A DNA stretch of 64,000 bases, from positions 434,001 through 498,000 of the forward strand of contig JAPEUD010000006.1 of assembly GCA_026026165.1 (NCBI GenBank), given 5' to 3'. The DNA comes from Sarea resinae (Eukaryota). Made by a program: the position numbers and the translations under genes. Within the stretch, counting starts at the first letter, position 1; each line of letters begins with the position of its first letter. Of the stretch, positions 12,954-26,874 are shown in pieces. A model generated the notes under the pieces. That model made no database searches, was not told the origin of the DNA, and saw only the letters and a list, made by a program, of their open reading frames with translations.

Positions 12954-15900
12954 TTAGTCGTCGAGCTCATACCAGTATTCGCCTTCTCCATCCCCATCCC
13001 CTTCGTCATCCTCGTCCTCAACATCGTCAAAGATTTCGTTAAAGATGTCGTTGTCATCGTCCCCATCGCAGCCACCACCTCCACGATCATCTACTTCGGC
13101 CGTGGCAGAAGCAGGCACAGACGCCGACGCCGACGCCGACGCGGATACCAGACTGCTCTTGATGCGCCTCTTGACGAATTTGGGATCGAGTTTCATGCCG
13201 CGATAAAAGGGCGTCAGAACCTCGTGGACTCGGACCCTTTGTGTCGCAGTGAGCCTTGCTGAAGTGCTTCCTGCTTCTGCTCTTCCTGTTCCTCCTCCTC
13301 CTTCTCCAGTTGCTGTTTGCTCGTATTCTTTACTCATCTTCCACGCCTTCAGATGCCCTAACTGCGTCCCCGCGACCCACCAGGCCAGCGTCGAGCGGTA
13401 GTACGCATAATACAAACGCGACGCCTTCATGAGCATCCACGTCGTGTGCGAGGCCGGCACGTGAGGGGCCGGCTGGAGCCAGGACTGGAGAAGGGCGTGC
13501 GCAGATGCTGACAGGGGCGGGCTTTGCACTGAAGAAAAGTCATCGAGTTCGTGGTCGGGTGGTGGCGTGGCGAGGGACGCGCTGCCGGTGGCAGGAACAG
13601 AGACTCGTGGCTGTAGGGCCATGAATCGCTCGTGCATATTCGTCACCACCGTGCGAAAGTCGAGCTGCGGCCGATAATGACCGTCGCCACTAGCACGCCC
13701 ACCTCCCGCTTCCGGCGGAATCGGCGACGGTACAGTACGCGAAGTCCACTCCTCCTTCATGTCCGAGAGGTCCACGATCAAGTTCCGAAGCACGTCTCTA
13801 ATCTCGGGGTGGGCGTCCGAGTTGTACTTCTCGTACGTCATCTCCCACAGCTCCTTCAGATCCGCATCTTTGCTCACCATCTCGGGCGTGTCGTCCAGCG
13901 CGCGCGCAACGGCCGTCTCGTCGACAATCTGCCGGCTGAGCACGAGGAGCTGGTCCATGATGTGCCCCGTGGGCTCGGCCGCGTTGTCTCCGCCCATGTA
14001 GGCGGGCTTGGGGGGCCAGTAAGGTGAAAGAGGGGGGTTGGTCTCCAGGAAGCGGCGCCAGTTGGTTTCGGTAAAGGTGTAGCCTTGCTTGGGCGCGTCA
14101 ACGAGGTGGTCAAGAAGCGTGGATAGATGCAGCGCTTCCGGGGTCGAGATCGAGTCTTTGAGGTGGCAGAGACGCTCGTGGTAGCTTGTGCATGTGCCGA
14201 GGAGGTTGGCCTGGAGGTTGAATCGGAAACCTTTGGCAAGAAAGGCGGACCAGGTGCCCAAGGACCTCAGGGTCTCCGATTCGCGGGAGATGCCAAAGGA
14301 GGAAGGATCAGTCGGTGTGTGCGGTTTAGGGACGTTTGTAAAGTTGTCCACGAGGCGGGGATCCCAACAAACCCAAGCCTGATCGTCCTCGTAAGCAATG
14401 CCCCGAAAAGTTCAATCTCAATACTCACCGCATCACCGTCGTAGTCTCCGCCACTGAGTATGTCTGCCAACGGTCTGTCGCCTTTGGACGAAAATAGTAT
14501 GACATCTTTATAGTATTTTAACTCGGATTTATACACCGCATGCACCTTCGAGAATTTAGCATGGATAAGACACCAGTAGAAGTGAGCTACCTTCTGCATG
14601 TCCCATGGACAGTGAGCCGGGTTACGGCCAACAAGTACATCCATATCACAAAGCATGCTATCCTCGACAGAAGAAGCTTCGTACTTGAAAGATGTGGAAA
14701 AGCACAGTGACACTTCGCCCTCTTCTAAGATGCCGGTTGGATCCGCCAACATGTAGCACCTGGTCGAGCGCGGTACTTCGACGTGGAGTCGACTTTTCAG
14801 TCGCTCCTCAAATTCTATGACGGCCTTGCGTACTTTGTCCCTGAGGAAAAGGTTCTCTTGCGGAGTGAAGCCGTGCTATTCGGCGTTAATTAAAACTCAT
14901 CAAAAGAGACCCCACTACTTGCCTCTAGAAACCAATTGATCGCATCACCAGTGTCATTAGGCAGGCTTCCTAGCATATCATTGTCTTCCAATGTTACTGT
15001 ATCGCCTCCTGGTTTATTATCTTGGATCCATTTCCTCAAGCAAATCGGATCTTGCATTGCCATTTGCAGGGTTTCCAGACGCGAGCTCAGGTCATCATGA
15101 AGCAGATCCTTCAGTGCATTCTCGATGTTTGCCTTTTGCTCTTCTCCCTGATTGACCAGGACGGAGATCAATTGGGGATTCAGAGTTGCGCATTTAAGAG
15201 GCTTTGACCACCCCACGGCCTCGAAAATCAAGCGGTCGTCGTGAGGTAGCAGGTTTCCTTCGGGGGAGGTTTTGAATTTAGTCTGCGCATCGGTCATCTC
15301 AATCCACACTTGATACTCATCAGTTGTGTTGGGATATCCGCTATAATCTACAAGCCACATCCCTTTACTTGGCCCGAGCCGGCCTTGAAAGGCACTTGGA
15401 ACGTGATCCAGACCAAGAGCTGAAGCTATCGTTCGAGCCGCGCCCGGCGAGATCTTGGCACATCCCTGGAGCTATTAGAGTGATGACAGAATTGAATGAA
15501 TGATCAAAGTCTTACGTCGTTCATTACTACCCCCCGGGAATTGGTAGTATCGGGGCACATGATGATTTCCGAAGGCTTGAAAGATATCGTCTCAGTGGTC
15601 ATAGACAGTGCTAGATGAACTCTTTGGAAGGCTTTCGTATAAAGCATGTCGTCGTTCAACCAGGATGGTAAATGCCAATCGAGAACTTCCTCTATACTGA
15701 TCTCGTGATGCTCAGTTGGCCCTTCACCCCTTGTTGAGAGGACGCTTGTACGTGGTCCGATATCATTCCCACGGATAGCAAAGAAGTAAATAAGGTAAGA
15801 AGCTTCAGCCGTGTTGCGTTTGTCTTTGGCCATTTTTGGCTTGCGAGCAAGCCTGAGACTAAAAGCTCTCCATACCCGTCCCAACAGTCGGAGTTCATGC

Positions 15901-17381
15901 GATGAAAGCCAGTCAATCACCTGCTCACGGATCGCAGCTTCTGCGTGTTTATTGGGTAGCTTGAGGCTGGAAAGATTTGGAAGAGAAAGGGTCAAGAATC
16001 TATCGTTTCCGAATTTTCGGGAGTAACGGAATGACTTTTCGATGATCAGTGGGTTGAGCTTCATCTTGAACATTGGTCTCTTCCCAAGTCCATTGAAGGA
16101 GAGTGCGCCACTCATTGTTACATTTCGGAAGCTAGCTCCTGCTTGCTCCCATGCTTTTCGCGAAGATTCTCTTGGCAGCAATTTCCCTTGAAGTTTCTCA
16201 TGTGTACGGAACCAGTTCCAAAGCACAGAAGGATCTTGGAAACAGTTTACGGTCTGTGGCGGAAGCAGGTCCTCGGGAGACAGGTCCGAGTCCATGGCAA
16301 CCCGACTGATCTCGTATCTAGTGCGAACGTCCAGCAGCTCATATTGAGGCGATATCCTCCACCGGTCCGCTACAGATCATATCAGCAAAGGAGCCTGAGT
16401 GATACGATAACACGTACTCTGGAGTAGACCTTCGGATGGAGGGGCGACATCAGCCACTTCTAGGGTTTCGCCATCCCTCGTGACAACAGGAGGTATCGTG
16501 GCTGTTTCATGAGACAATCTTGCCATGCGATGTTCCAGTAGCATATCAGCGGATGCTTGACTTCCAGAAATTTCTGGGATGGTACTGTTGAAGGAAGTAT
16601 TGGTCGAAGTGATGGCGTTGTCCGAATTTGGATCCGGGGGCCACTGATCCCATATCTCAGTGCCAATAGTGGACACTGACTCTGTAGCACTTTGAGCGTC
16701 AAAACTTGGCATCCGTCTCACGTTGAAGGGTGTTCTGAAGGGTGTCTCGGAGAAATCTGTCTCCTCCAGCGCTCCGGCTGAACTTGGCGAGGGCAGATAT
16801 TCATGAGCATCGTGAAATGCGTCAGGGGCTGTTTCGATAGTGGGTCGAATTTCCAGTGTCCTCCTCAGGCTACTCTGGTCCCTACCAAAGTTGCTTTCAC
16901 CTTCGACTGTAGGGGAGTATTCTGCGAGAGCTCCATCCAGAACCGGCCACTGAAGATCTGCAGATTCGACCGAGCTGAATTGCGGTTGCAAATTTCCATG
17001 GAGCCTATTCCTCGTCTCGCATAGTGAAAGCAGGTCCTCGAGCAAGCCATCTGCTGCTGTCTGGGCTATATTGCGAAGAGGGGTATTATCCTGAGGAATA
17101 CCTTCAGCGACTTGCGGCACGTAGAGAGCATCGCTATCTTGGTGCTCCCTCGAGGCCGAGTCAACTTGGCTTAAGACACGGTTCAAAGCGGGCCGATCTT
17201 TATAATACAGGAATTGAATACGGCTCCAGCAGCGCTCAGCCGGCTGCGGTTCCTCATGCCCACGAGCGGGAGAAGCCGATTCCCGAGGCTGGAAAGGAAG
17301 ACTTAGACGAGTAGACAGGGAAGCTGCGATCTCGTTGATCTCATCATTAGCTCCTCTCCGTGGTGTGGCGGTACGGTCCAT
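12954..17381 (-). CDS. RNA-dependent RNA polymerase of the RNAi pathway, QDE-1-like
   Basis: Spliced product has NDGCAKISP, PSAFQGRLGPSKGMW, GRNPAHCPWDMQKV and catalytic LSGGDYDGD..WVCWDP. Introns 16417-16370, 15515-15466, 14922-14876 (GC-AG), 14590-14546 and 14428-14379 give one continuous frame. Confidence 0.93.
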
Positions 17382-18121
17382 GTGTTTTGAGTTTTGATTC
17401 TTGTATTTTGATACCTGCGTCGCGCGTCTGCGCCGTGTCTCGCCTCGTATGGCTGGGAGGGGAATCGGAGCGCAGGGGCGGGGCGGGGAAGCTTGGTCGT
17501 CTGGGCTTCGCTATTTGGTCTAGCGGCGGGGAGCACAGCAACAAGCGGCGTGCGGGCCGAAGCGCGGCAAGGTCTTAGGTGATAGATCTCCGCTGCGGCT
17601 TTAGGCGGTCAACGAGTAGCCCAACGAGTAGCTCAACCTTTGCGTGACTGACGTGATTGAGCGATTGGAAGGCCGAGAGATCTCAGGTTTATATCAAAGC
17701 GTCTGCAGCGATCAGTCCATAGTCGCGATCAGGTCTGTTGGTGGCACTCGTGCCGCGGGGCACGATGGGGACTCGGCATGATTGGGGCACGACAGGGGCG
17801 TGACAGGGGCGCGACGAGGGATCGGCAACTGGCATGATGGCAGTGGTTGGCATGCTATATCTAGCATCCATCCAACATCAACCTACGGAGGACGAATACT
17901 GTCCTCGATTGCTCTGTGGGCGATCAGACATGTTGTTATAGATGGATATAGATATATCGCCAGTCATTAAGTACGACATTCTAGCGTGATAGCGACGCGC
18001 TTCAAGGATTACTAGTCTTGACATCGCACGATGTGGCGAAAACGATAGCAGTCATCTCCATGTTCATACTCGCTAAGACAAATCGAATTTCCACTGTACC
18101 ACACTCAGATCATGCAGCTCG

Positions 18122-21100
18122 TCAAGTTGGGCTGCCTCCCAGGCCTGTTGGGTGGTCAACTAACATCCCTTTCTGGAAGAAAAAAGCGAGGCATACCTGC
18201 TGCGTAAGCCAGATACCAAGTCCGGCTGGCACCACCGTCGAGCCAGCTCGGGTCAAAATTACTCTGCGCGAAGAAGTTGTACGAAGTGACCGGATCGATG
18301 ATGGCGAGATTGGCATAGAGAATGCCTCTCCAGCCGCCAGCGACCTGATCGGCACGACTATTGTTGAAATAGGTATTCCATTCTTCGGTCACGAACTTCT
18401 GAGTGCGAGTAAATGCCGAGAAGGGCTCCAGGGGGATCATGTGGATTCTTCTCATTTTAGCCATATTCAATTCCGTTAAAGTGGCACCAATCTTACCCTT
18501 CAATATATTCCGTGTTGGTGCCAAAGTAGGTGGTGTGATCAATTTTGTTCTCGAATAGCTGCCTATTTTTAGCGCACCATCAAAGGCTCAAATAGGTAAG
18601 AAGGCTTACAATTCCGGTGACTTTGTTACCAATGAAGTTAGACGGTTGATTTGTGTTGTCACTTTCCATCAGGAAATAGTTTTGGAGGCTTCGCGCCAAG
18701 ACGGACAGCTGTAGATTACCCCTAGCTTCCATATTGGCGTCGCCAATCGTCTTGCCCCACATCTTGATTGCGAAAGCGCACATGGCGTCTTCGGAAGAAG
18801 ATTCTTCATCTTTCCCGTCTCCGGATTCGAATAGACCCTTGGCCCAAGAGTGGCCATGATACCAATCGAAAGAGCGAGAGAAGGGGAAGTATCCGTCTTC
18901 TGTGCTCGGATTGGCAACCTGTCATGGCATTAGAGAGATATCTTTCAGGCGAGTGCAATGCCTACATCTCGGACAAGCATGTTGACCCAGTCACGGTTGG
19001 CTTTCAACCAGTTGGGGTCTAGGTAGCCTATAACGGCGGCTGCATGAATGAAATAGCCGTAGTGGAAGTGATGGTCATCTACCAGTATTAGCGTGATATC
19101 ATACCAAATCTGTACAACAGTCTTTGCCCTTACTATAGTAGGTGTTTCCAAAGTCTGCACCACTATCGCCGGTGACGTATGATGCGGAAGACACTACGCC
19201 CTTCCAAGCAGCTAGATGATGATTAGCTCCATCAGGAACATCTTTAGTGGCTCACCTACTCTCATATATCAGAGGAAATTGTTGTTGATTGCTTGCAAAT
19301 ACCGCGAATGCCTTTTCAAGCTGCATAAGTCCCGCATTTGCCATAGCTGAATCATTCGCCAACTCGTGGAGAGTATAGACGATAGAAGCAAATTTGCTCA
19401 AAGCCTATTCCAATTAGCGGGTATACTTCGCCTCAGTGACAGCTGTATCCCCATACCTTTCCACTGAAGTACATGCTGTCTAGATTCGTTTGAGCACTCA
19501 TGTTTTGCGAGACTTCGCTGGCGCCAACCGTCTGTATGAGGCTAATTGCGTCGGCAGAGAGCGAGGTAACATTTGTTTCAGAAGGGCTCCATGGAGCAAA
19601 GCCCATTTCAGTAGGCATGCCTTCTTCTACCAAAGTCCATGAGTCTGCTACCACAGCAGTAGCTATTCCTTTTGTCGTAGTTTGCAGTTGGATATCCGTC
19701 AGATTGTCATGAGTAGCTGAGTCAAATGATTCCACATGATGTGGTAGGGCAAACATGAGTAGTTTCGAGGTGGCAGAGCTAGCCCCTGTTTTGGCCCAAT
19801 TGAGTGTATAGGACCCTGTAGCGCCACTGACTGAGCCTGAAATTTGAGCATCCGTAGGGTAAACGCTGGCAGATGCATCATAGATTGCCTCGTTATTTGC
19901 ATTGCCTCCTGGATTTTTCGCAACTTGAATAGTTCCGTTGAAGGCCGTTGTGGCTCGAATCATCGAGTTCGATACCATTTGCAGATTAAGGGCATTGCCT
20001 GTTGGGGATGTTGCGTACACTAGCCACTATTGAGAATAAGCAAGATGAGGACTACTTTGCGGCAATAACTCTCACTGTTGTTCCATCCTCTAGCGTCAAT
20101 GTGTATTTCGATATCCCCGGTCCAGGTGATTTATTGGACGCGGTCATGTTTCGAAAGAATACGCTGCTCTGTATAACTGGGGTTGATCCCTGATATTCTC
20201 CTGTGACAAACCCCATTCCTTGCACAAGCGGGAAACTAATTGCCGGTGCCGCGCCGGCTCGAGGAAGAAGGCTTAGCCTGGCAGAGAAGCCTCTCAGAGA
20301 ACTCGTGGTTAGAGTAGTAGCGCTAGTATAATGCATTAACATCTGACAATAAGTGGGGACGATTCATGCTTACTTTCCAAGTTCTACAGCTGAGAGGATC
20401 ATTGACTGTATTCCGATGGGACTGCCCAGTGTTAGCGGTAATGTCGAGCAGCGTGGTAGTGATCTGCTCCTACTTGATGAAATACTGGACGGGATTGCCC
20501 GGTCCATAAGCCTAAGGGTCATTAGCTTCATTGCGCTCTGATCAAGGCCACAAGCAGTCTATGATACCCTTTGAGTCGGCTCAATATGAGATATACTAAG
20601 ACCCCAGCTGCCTGCATTGCCAGTCCCTTTTGCCCAGCTCAAAGAATAAGGATGAGTCCAGGCCCCTTGATTTTGGTTGCCAAGGAATAAGTTCGCGTAG
20701 AACTTGTTGGTCGAGATCGGCTTTCCATCTTGGATCTGCATCATGTATGAGCCTCAACTATTCTAAGATGAGCCGCGGGAGGCGATCAACGTACGATACC
20801 CTGTCTTGGCACCGGATGATCAGACCTAGATCCAATGACGGCCGGAAGTGGGCCAGTAGCCACAGGGACAAAAATGTTATTAGATAGCATGATGGAGCTC
20901 GAATTTGTTATCTGTGAAGATGGAGATGCCTGCGGGGATGAGGACTCCTGAGAGGACGAAAGAGCAGAGTATAATGAAGATGAAGACGCAATAGATATAG
21001 TAGTTTCGGAGCCTGAGGCCGTATAGTATGGATTAGAACTGTTAGTAGACGTGACCACCTGCGCAGTCGTAGCTGAAGCAACAAAAGTAGAAGGAATGGT

Positions 21101-21468
21101 CGATGCAGCCTGTAGTGTCGTCGTGGGTGAAGCAATGATACTTGTTGGGAAGGGCTGAGATGAAGGATGTCCAGTCGTTTCAAGCGAGCTAATTACAGTC
21201 TGATCTACGAATTAGTAGGATTCTTGAGCAATAGCGGTGCGTAACGCGAGACAAATAAACGTCTAAAAGCATGCACATGTCCGAAGACTGGCATATGATA
21301 TTTTGAACTCACCCCTGTGGTCCCTGGAGACGCTGTTTGTGAAGCGGGACTTTCGTCGCACCCGTCTACCGTCTCAAGGATTATGATTTCCACTTCTGGG
21401 AATAATGGTTGTGGAAGCGCTTGTATAAGGAATGCCTGTAGCATCGTTAGCAAAATGATCTTATGCAT
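18122..21468 (-). CDS. Secreted endo-1,3-beta-glucanase, GH81 (Eng1/Dse4/Acf2 family), with Ser/Thr-rich N-terminal region
   Basis: Signal peptide [17 protein letters not shown]. Motifs [36 protein letters not shown] and [16 protein letters not shown]. Many short introns. Confidence 0.92.
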
Positions 21469-22674
21469 AGTAGTAGAGTAGCCCTTCGCGGGTAAAGGCA
21501 ATATAGAAAGTTTTCAGTGATTAAAAAAAATCAGTGATTAGGGGTATAAAACTGATAGCGAGGCTAGAATCGTCTCTCGCACGATGAAGAATGCTTCAAG
21601 GTAGCCCTTATATTAGACTATAGTGCTTGGGCAGTCGAAGCTTGGCTGTGTCCCTTTGGAGGACAATATGAACGTTTGGGGCTTCTGTGATCCAAGTTGG
21701 GCCAACAGTGGTCGCTAGGTAGGAGGATGCTTCAGATGCGTGTGGGCTTTAGATAAAAAGAGGAACAAGTCTAGCTTCTCGTAAGAATACAATCATAAAT
21801 CGTGTAAAGTCGTAATATGCGTAATTCTTGTGCATGAGTTTGATGAGGACATTAAAGCAAGATAAGAAGTAAAAGTCTTTATAGAAATCGGGAAGTGGGG
21901 CAACAACACGCGTCCGACAAGGCCCGGTTGCTAGGCAGCGGATCGTGATAATGAAAATGCTAGGAAAAACCAGCATGACCGACCTTGGGGCTTCTGCGAG
22001 GAATGCGGCTAGCAGGATAGCACGTTTTTGCGGCTCTCGGCGAGATGCAGTTTGTTCTGTTTTAACGAGGAATGTGGAAATGCTCAGATAAAGAGGCAGC
22101 TTTTATAGTACTCTAAAACAGGCAGAAATGCTTCAAGACGACATCATCGAGTCTAGCCTCCAGTAAAACAGCAGATCAGCGGAGAGAGCTCCTGTGATCT
22201 ATTCTTTGCCTCTCAACTCTGCACAGCATTCATAACAAGATCGCGTTAAGACAAGGCCTCCCCTGTAGGCCGTAGTACGTTATCCCCAAGACAGCGGACA
22301 GAATGACTAAGAGGATCTGTACAGTATGGAAGGGATGTCTCGGAGGGAGAGATGAGGGGAAATGAGGGGGACGAGAGCCTGAGGAATGGATGATAGACGA
22401 TGGATGATGGGGATGAATGATGGCGATGGTGATGGTTCGTTGGTCTGCCACGAACTGGACACCTGAACATGTTCGTCATGTCCAAGGAACGGCCCAGGGT
22501 CTCAGACGCCTTTTGACGCCAATCTCGATTGGGTGATACCTGCGGTGTGCCGACGCGGGGATCGCTTGCACTTCCGGACCACAAGACTTTCCACGATGGT
22601 GGTCCCTCGGTCGTACCTGCCTACCTAGTAGACCTAGCCCAGAGCCTCCGAGACCGACGACGAAAAAAAGCATC

Positions 22675-23394
22675 ATGGCCGCCAATTCCAGCGAAAAGGG
22701 CCAGACAGGTTCGTAGGCATGACCCGATCTCGTAAAACGCAACAAGCTCATGCGTGTCCGGACAGTGGACCTTGGCGCTCTCTCCGTTCAGCAGCTGAGC
22801 CAGGTCAAGAAGCAACTGGACGACGAATTGGAGCACCTTACCAACTCCTTCACGAAGCTGCGAGCGGCGCAAGCCAAGTTCCGAGAATGCATCAACTCCC
22901 TCAACAAGGGCATCACGTCGAGCACGAAGGGTATGCGAGAAGACCATTAGTCACCCGGCGGATTCGAAGACGCTGGCTGACCTTCCTCGTGCAGGGGCAA
23001 ACATCCTCGTTCCTCTCACTACATCTCTTTACGTCCCCGGTAGGATAGCAGACACAGACAAGGTCATAGTGGATGTTGGGACCGGCTTCTACGTCGAGAA
23101 AGTAAGTCTTGTCCCAGGCCCGGCGAGGCGTATCGGCTGACGAAGACGGCAGAAAACGAAAGATGCTGTAGAGTTCTATACGAGTAAGGTGGACGAGTTG
23201 GGTACAAACCTGAAGGACCTCGAGGCAATTGTCCAGCAAAAATCGAATAATCTACGAGTGGTAGAGGAAGGTAAAGAGATCATATGGTATTGTCAATGGT
23301 CATTGCTGATTCGTCTCATCGCGCAGTTCTCCGCCAAAAGATGATCAGCAACACCGCTGGTCCCGGCTCAAGCGACACTGCGCCAATGTCTTGA
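22675..23394 (+). CDS. GIM5: Prefoldin subunit 5 (alpha type)
   Basis: Spliced exons give VDLGALSVQQLSQVKKQLDDELEHLTNSF and ILVPLTTSLYVPGRIADTDKVIVDVGTGFYVEK. Stop TGA at 23392-23394. Confidence 0.92.
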
Positions 23395-23585
23395 GATATG
23401 AAATTCAAAGCACGCCTCGCCTCGTGATTTCTTGGCCTGCATCAGCCATAGCTACACAAGGGGCGCAATGTCTGTGATATCATGTACAGCTATCTCCATA
23501 AAATTAGGATGTGGTCATCAATTCAACGTCATGAGTTTTATTTTGTGTCGTGAGGCATCTTATGATTGATTCTTAGTAGGCGATC

Positions 23586-26500
23586 TTAGATCGATGGCCT
23601 CTCCATCGGCGCGACCACTCCCCGTTTGACCATCACCCTTGGCTTGGTGGCATTCTGGAAGGTTTCCTTCGTGGTCCATTCGGGGCCTACGGGGAGTCGC
23701 AATGATCGTTCGTACTGCTGCCGCGTCTCGAATGGATGGGGAAGATTCGAAGCAAGATACTTAGAGTTCTAGATTTTCATCAGTGCATGTTCCGAGGCTA
23801 GTGAGGAAGGAGCATGAAATACCTTTTTGACCCGCTTCTCATTGATGATCACGCGATCAAGTTTTGAGTCTTTGCGCTGAGATTCTTTGATGCCCTCTAC
23901 TTTGGTCAAGAATCTGCCCTTGTTGCGCTTGCGATCTCCTTTGCTGACCCCATCTCCAGTCCAGCTTCCCCATCCCGGCAAGGTGTTATCAATGACCTTC
24001 TCGTCCTCATCTTGGATGGTCTGCTTTTTCTCCTCTTCAAAGTCTGCCACAACATCATCTCCGGCGAAAGCCTTCTTGACCAACTCCTGATTGCGCAATA
24101 CAAAGGGCATGAGATCATCTCCCTCGTCAGAGTCGTCACTATCATGTCCATTTCTGTCAGGTCCGGTGTATACGGACTGCCATTGGTCCACCCCTGAACT
24201 GAGCACATTTGATTTGGGCTTTGCAGATGGATGCAAAGAGACCATCGGGTCATTGTCGAAATCGTCTTGTTGATTCGTCTCTTTCAGCGCTACTGCACCG
24301 TTTCGTTTCGAGGACTTTTCTTTGTGGGATGAGTTTCCCGTATTGTTCAGCCAGGGATTCTCGAAAACGTCTTGATCCGTGTCTTTAGCAGCATCCTTTT
24401 TGCCGTTGGCATGCTTGCGATTTTTTCCAGATTTAGTGGTGGTATGAGATTGACCAGGTAATTCCTTGCTGTCCACAATGATGTCAATGTCATCCTCTCG
24501 ATCAACAATAGTCTCTTCATGGTGTTCATCGTCTGAACCTTGTCGCTCTTCGAACTCGTTGTGGATTTCCTTTTGACTTGGCCGAGACATAGTCTTTGTA
24601 GTTGGGCCAAACGTCTTGCGGCCTGTGAACTCAGCTTCTTCCGCTTCGCTTAGAGGATCCTCTCCGGCGAGCTCTCTTCGGAGGCGTTCAGCATCAGCGT
24701 CATTCTGAATTTTCCGGGAAGCCTCAGCCTTCTGCATGAATTTCATCGAGGCGAGCTTGGAACCGGGTTCTTTCTCAGACGGGTTAAGAGATCCACTCTC
24801 GGCTAGTTTCCGGAGGAGACGAGCTTCACGATCCTCTTGTTCGTCATCAGACGATGGGTCGCTATCACTCTCCTCACTCGCATTGAGATCAGAGCCAGTC
24901 TCATCATTCTGAACAGACTTGCCCTCCATTCGGCGTCTCAGCTCTTCCCCTCTCCTCGCCATTTCGGTGGCCCCTGAGCGAGAGTCTTCATCCCAAACAG
25001 CTCTACCGCTTTTCTTCATTTCTTTAGCCCATTTACTCTCCCTGTGTCGGGACCGCATTCTTTCTTCGGCCCGGCGACGATCATTTCGCTCCTTTTCATC
25101 CTCAGATAGTTCCACACCAGCAGCGGCAAAAGCATCCCGCTCTTCCTGCTCTTCACGCTCGCGCTGCTTCCTGTGAACCCGGCGATAGGCCTTGCTCTTG
25201 ATTTTCTTGATACGTTTTGCGCGAACCTCTTCTCTAAAAAGTAACTCCCTGGCTTTGCGGAGCTCCGCTCTTCTTCCTTGCACCTCCTCCAAAGGTAATT
25301 TATTCGTCTGAAGTTCTTCAAAAGCGCGAATCTTATCTTCCTCAGATTTGCCAGGAGCAGATTTCATGCCGCTTTCTTCGAGGATATTCTGTATGGCGCT
25401 CTCAAGCTCGTTTAAGGGCGTCGACCCGGAGTTGAGCATAACATTATTCCTTCCGTGTGCAGCTACTGCACCAGGATCCGCCAGCGGAAATGTGAGATGT
25501 TCGGCTCGCCTATTGTGCTTGACAGTCTCTATCCAACGCTCCAGGGTCTCCTTGCTCTTGTCATATGCCGCAGCTCGGTCAAGTTGATCTTGCTGACGCT
25601 TAGCTAGAGGCACGTCCAATTTCCCTGGGACACCTTGACGCTTAGCAGATGACTTCGGGTCCTTGTCCGAAGAGAGTATTTTCAAAGACTTCTTCAAGCG
25701 CGCATCGGTAACAGAGGGAAGTAGATCAGCAACAGTAAGCTTCTGGGAGACGTTGACGCCAAAATCTGATGGAGCGCTGGATTCATGTGGGTCGCTGGTA
25801 CGCTGCCGTTTCGATAGTGGGCCCTCAGAATTTGCCTGCATAGAACTTATAAGGCTTTGGAGGGCCGAGAGCTTTTCCGGATCATTATCATCGCCATCTT
25901 CAGAGAAAGAAAGGATAGATTCGTTCTCCTCTGATTCACTGCTGGAGTCGGAACCGTCTTCACCGTTGGAAGAATCTGCAGCATTTTCTTCATCCTGCCA
26001 TGAGGCTTTCCTCTTCTTTGGGTTCTTCTGCACGGGTTCTTCCTCTTCCGTAGCATCTAACATCGCTGCCAAGTCGATTGCGTCCTCCCCAAGGCTATCA
26101 TCGTCTGAGTCTGCAGAACCTTGCCCATCCTCATCTTCTGACTCGTCTAGGTCGAGCTCATGCGACGATGATTTCACGTTTTTCGTCTTGAGGGCTTTCG
26201 AGCGAGGATTGACCATCTTCGAGCCAGAGCTGCCGCGAAATCTGAAGTCCTCGAATTGCTCCTCGTCGCTTTCACCCATGGCCTCATCACTGTCGATGTC
26301 GCTGTCATCATCGTCATCGACCTGGCCCAGGCGCCACTCGTTGCCTTCGCTATCACTGCCTTCGTCGACATCAAGCTCATTCGCACGACCCCTGGCATTG
26401 GATTTTCGTCCGTCATTTCTGACTCGTGAGTCTTCCTCCTCATCGTCCTCGCCGTCGTTGTCATCCCGGCTTTTCTTCTTGCGTCTGCCAAGCTCTCCTT

Positions 26501-26651
26501 CGCTCTCACCGAGCCGATGCTGTCGAACTTTGACTCGGTCGGGATTTTGTTGCGATGCTATAGCAAATGCGTCCAATGACCGACTTTTGGAGCCTTTGCT
26601 GAGCTTAGCCCGCTTCGTAGACGGGCCAGCATTTGAGTATTTTCTGGGCAT
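23586..26651 (-). CDS. UTP14: U3 snoRNP / SSU processome protein Utp14
   Basis: RAKRIKKIKSKAYRRVHRK, TLPGWGSWTG, and last exon KYLASNLPHPFETRQQYERSLRLPVGPEW. Likely start MPRKYS at 26651. One intron near 23769-23822. Confidence 0.95.
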
Positions 26652-26874
26652 GTTGGGCGAGATTTCTTCAACACGCTGCCCCTCTGAAGCGGTGAGTTGA
26701 TATAATTTTGGCTTGGTTTCTACTCTTGGTTGCCAAAAGTCGCCGTAAACTTTTGTAGCGGTACTTACCGTGCACGGCATCTTCCGACCTTCAGATTTGC
26801 GCCCATACATCTTCATCTCATCAACATCTCAGACACATCCAAGTGCTTCTTCGTCTCCAAATTCGCCGCGTATC
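26652..26874. promoter_or_regulatory. Compact bidirectional promoter between UTP14 and MRPL27
   Basis: Only about 223 bp separate the divergent start codons. Confidence 0.6.

Noticed and set aside
21500..22600. Telomerase RNA, U3, SRP or RNase P/MRP identity for the structured segment
   Set aside because: No TAACCCTAA template, U3 box A, SRP helix-8 or CR-I/CR-V motifs found by eye.
25663..26700. 345-aa Ser-rich ORF antisense to UTP14
   Set aside because: Mirror of the acidic GAA/GAT-rich sense codons.
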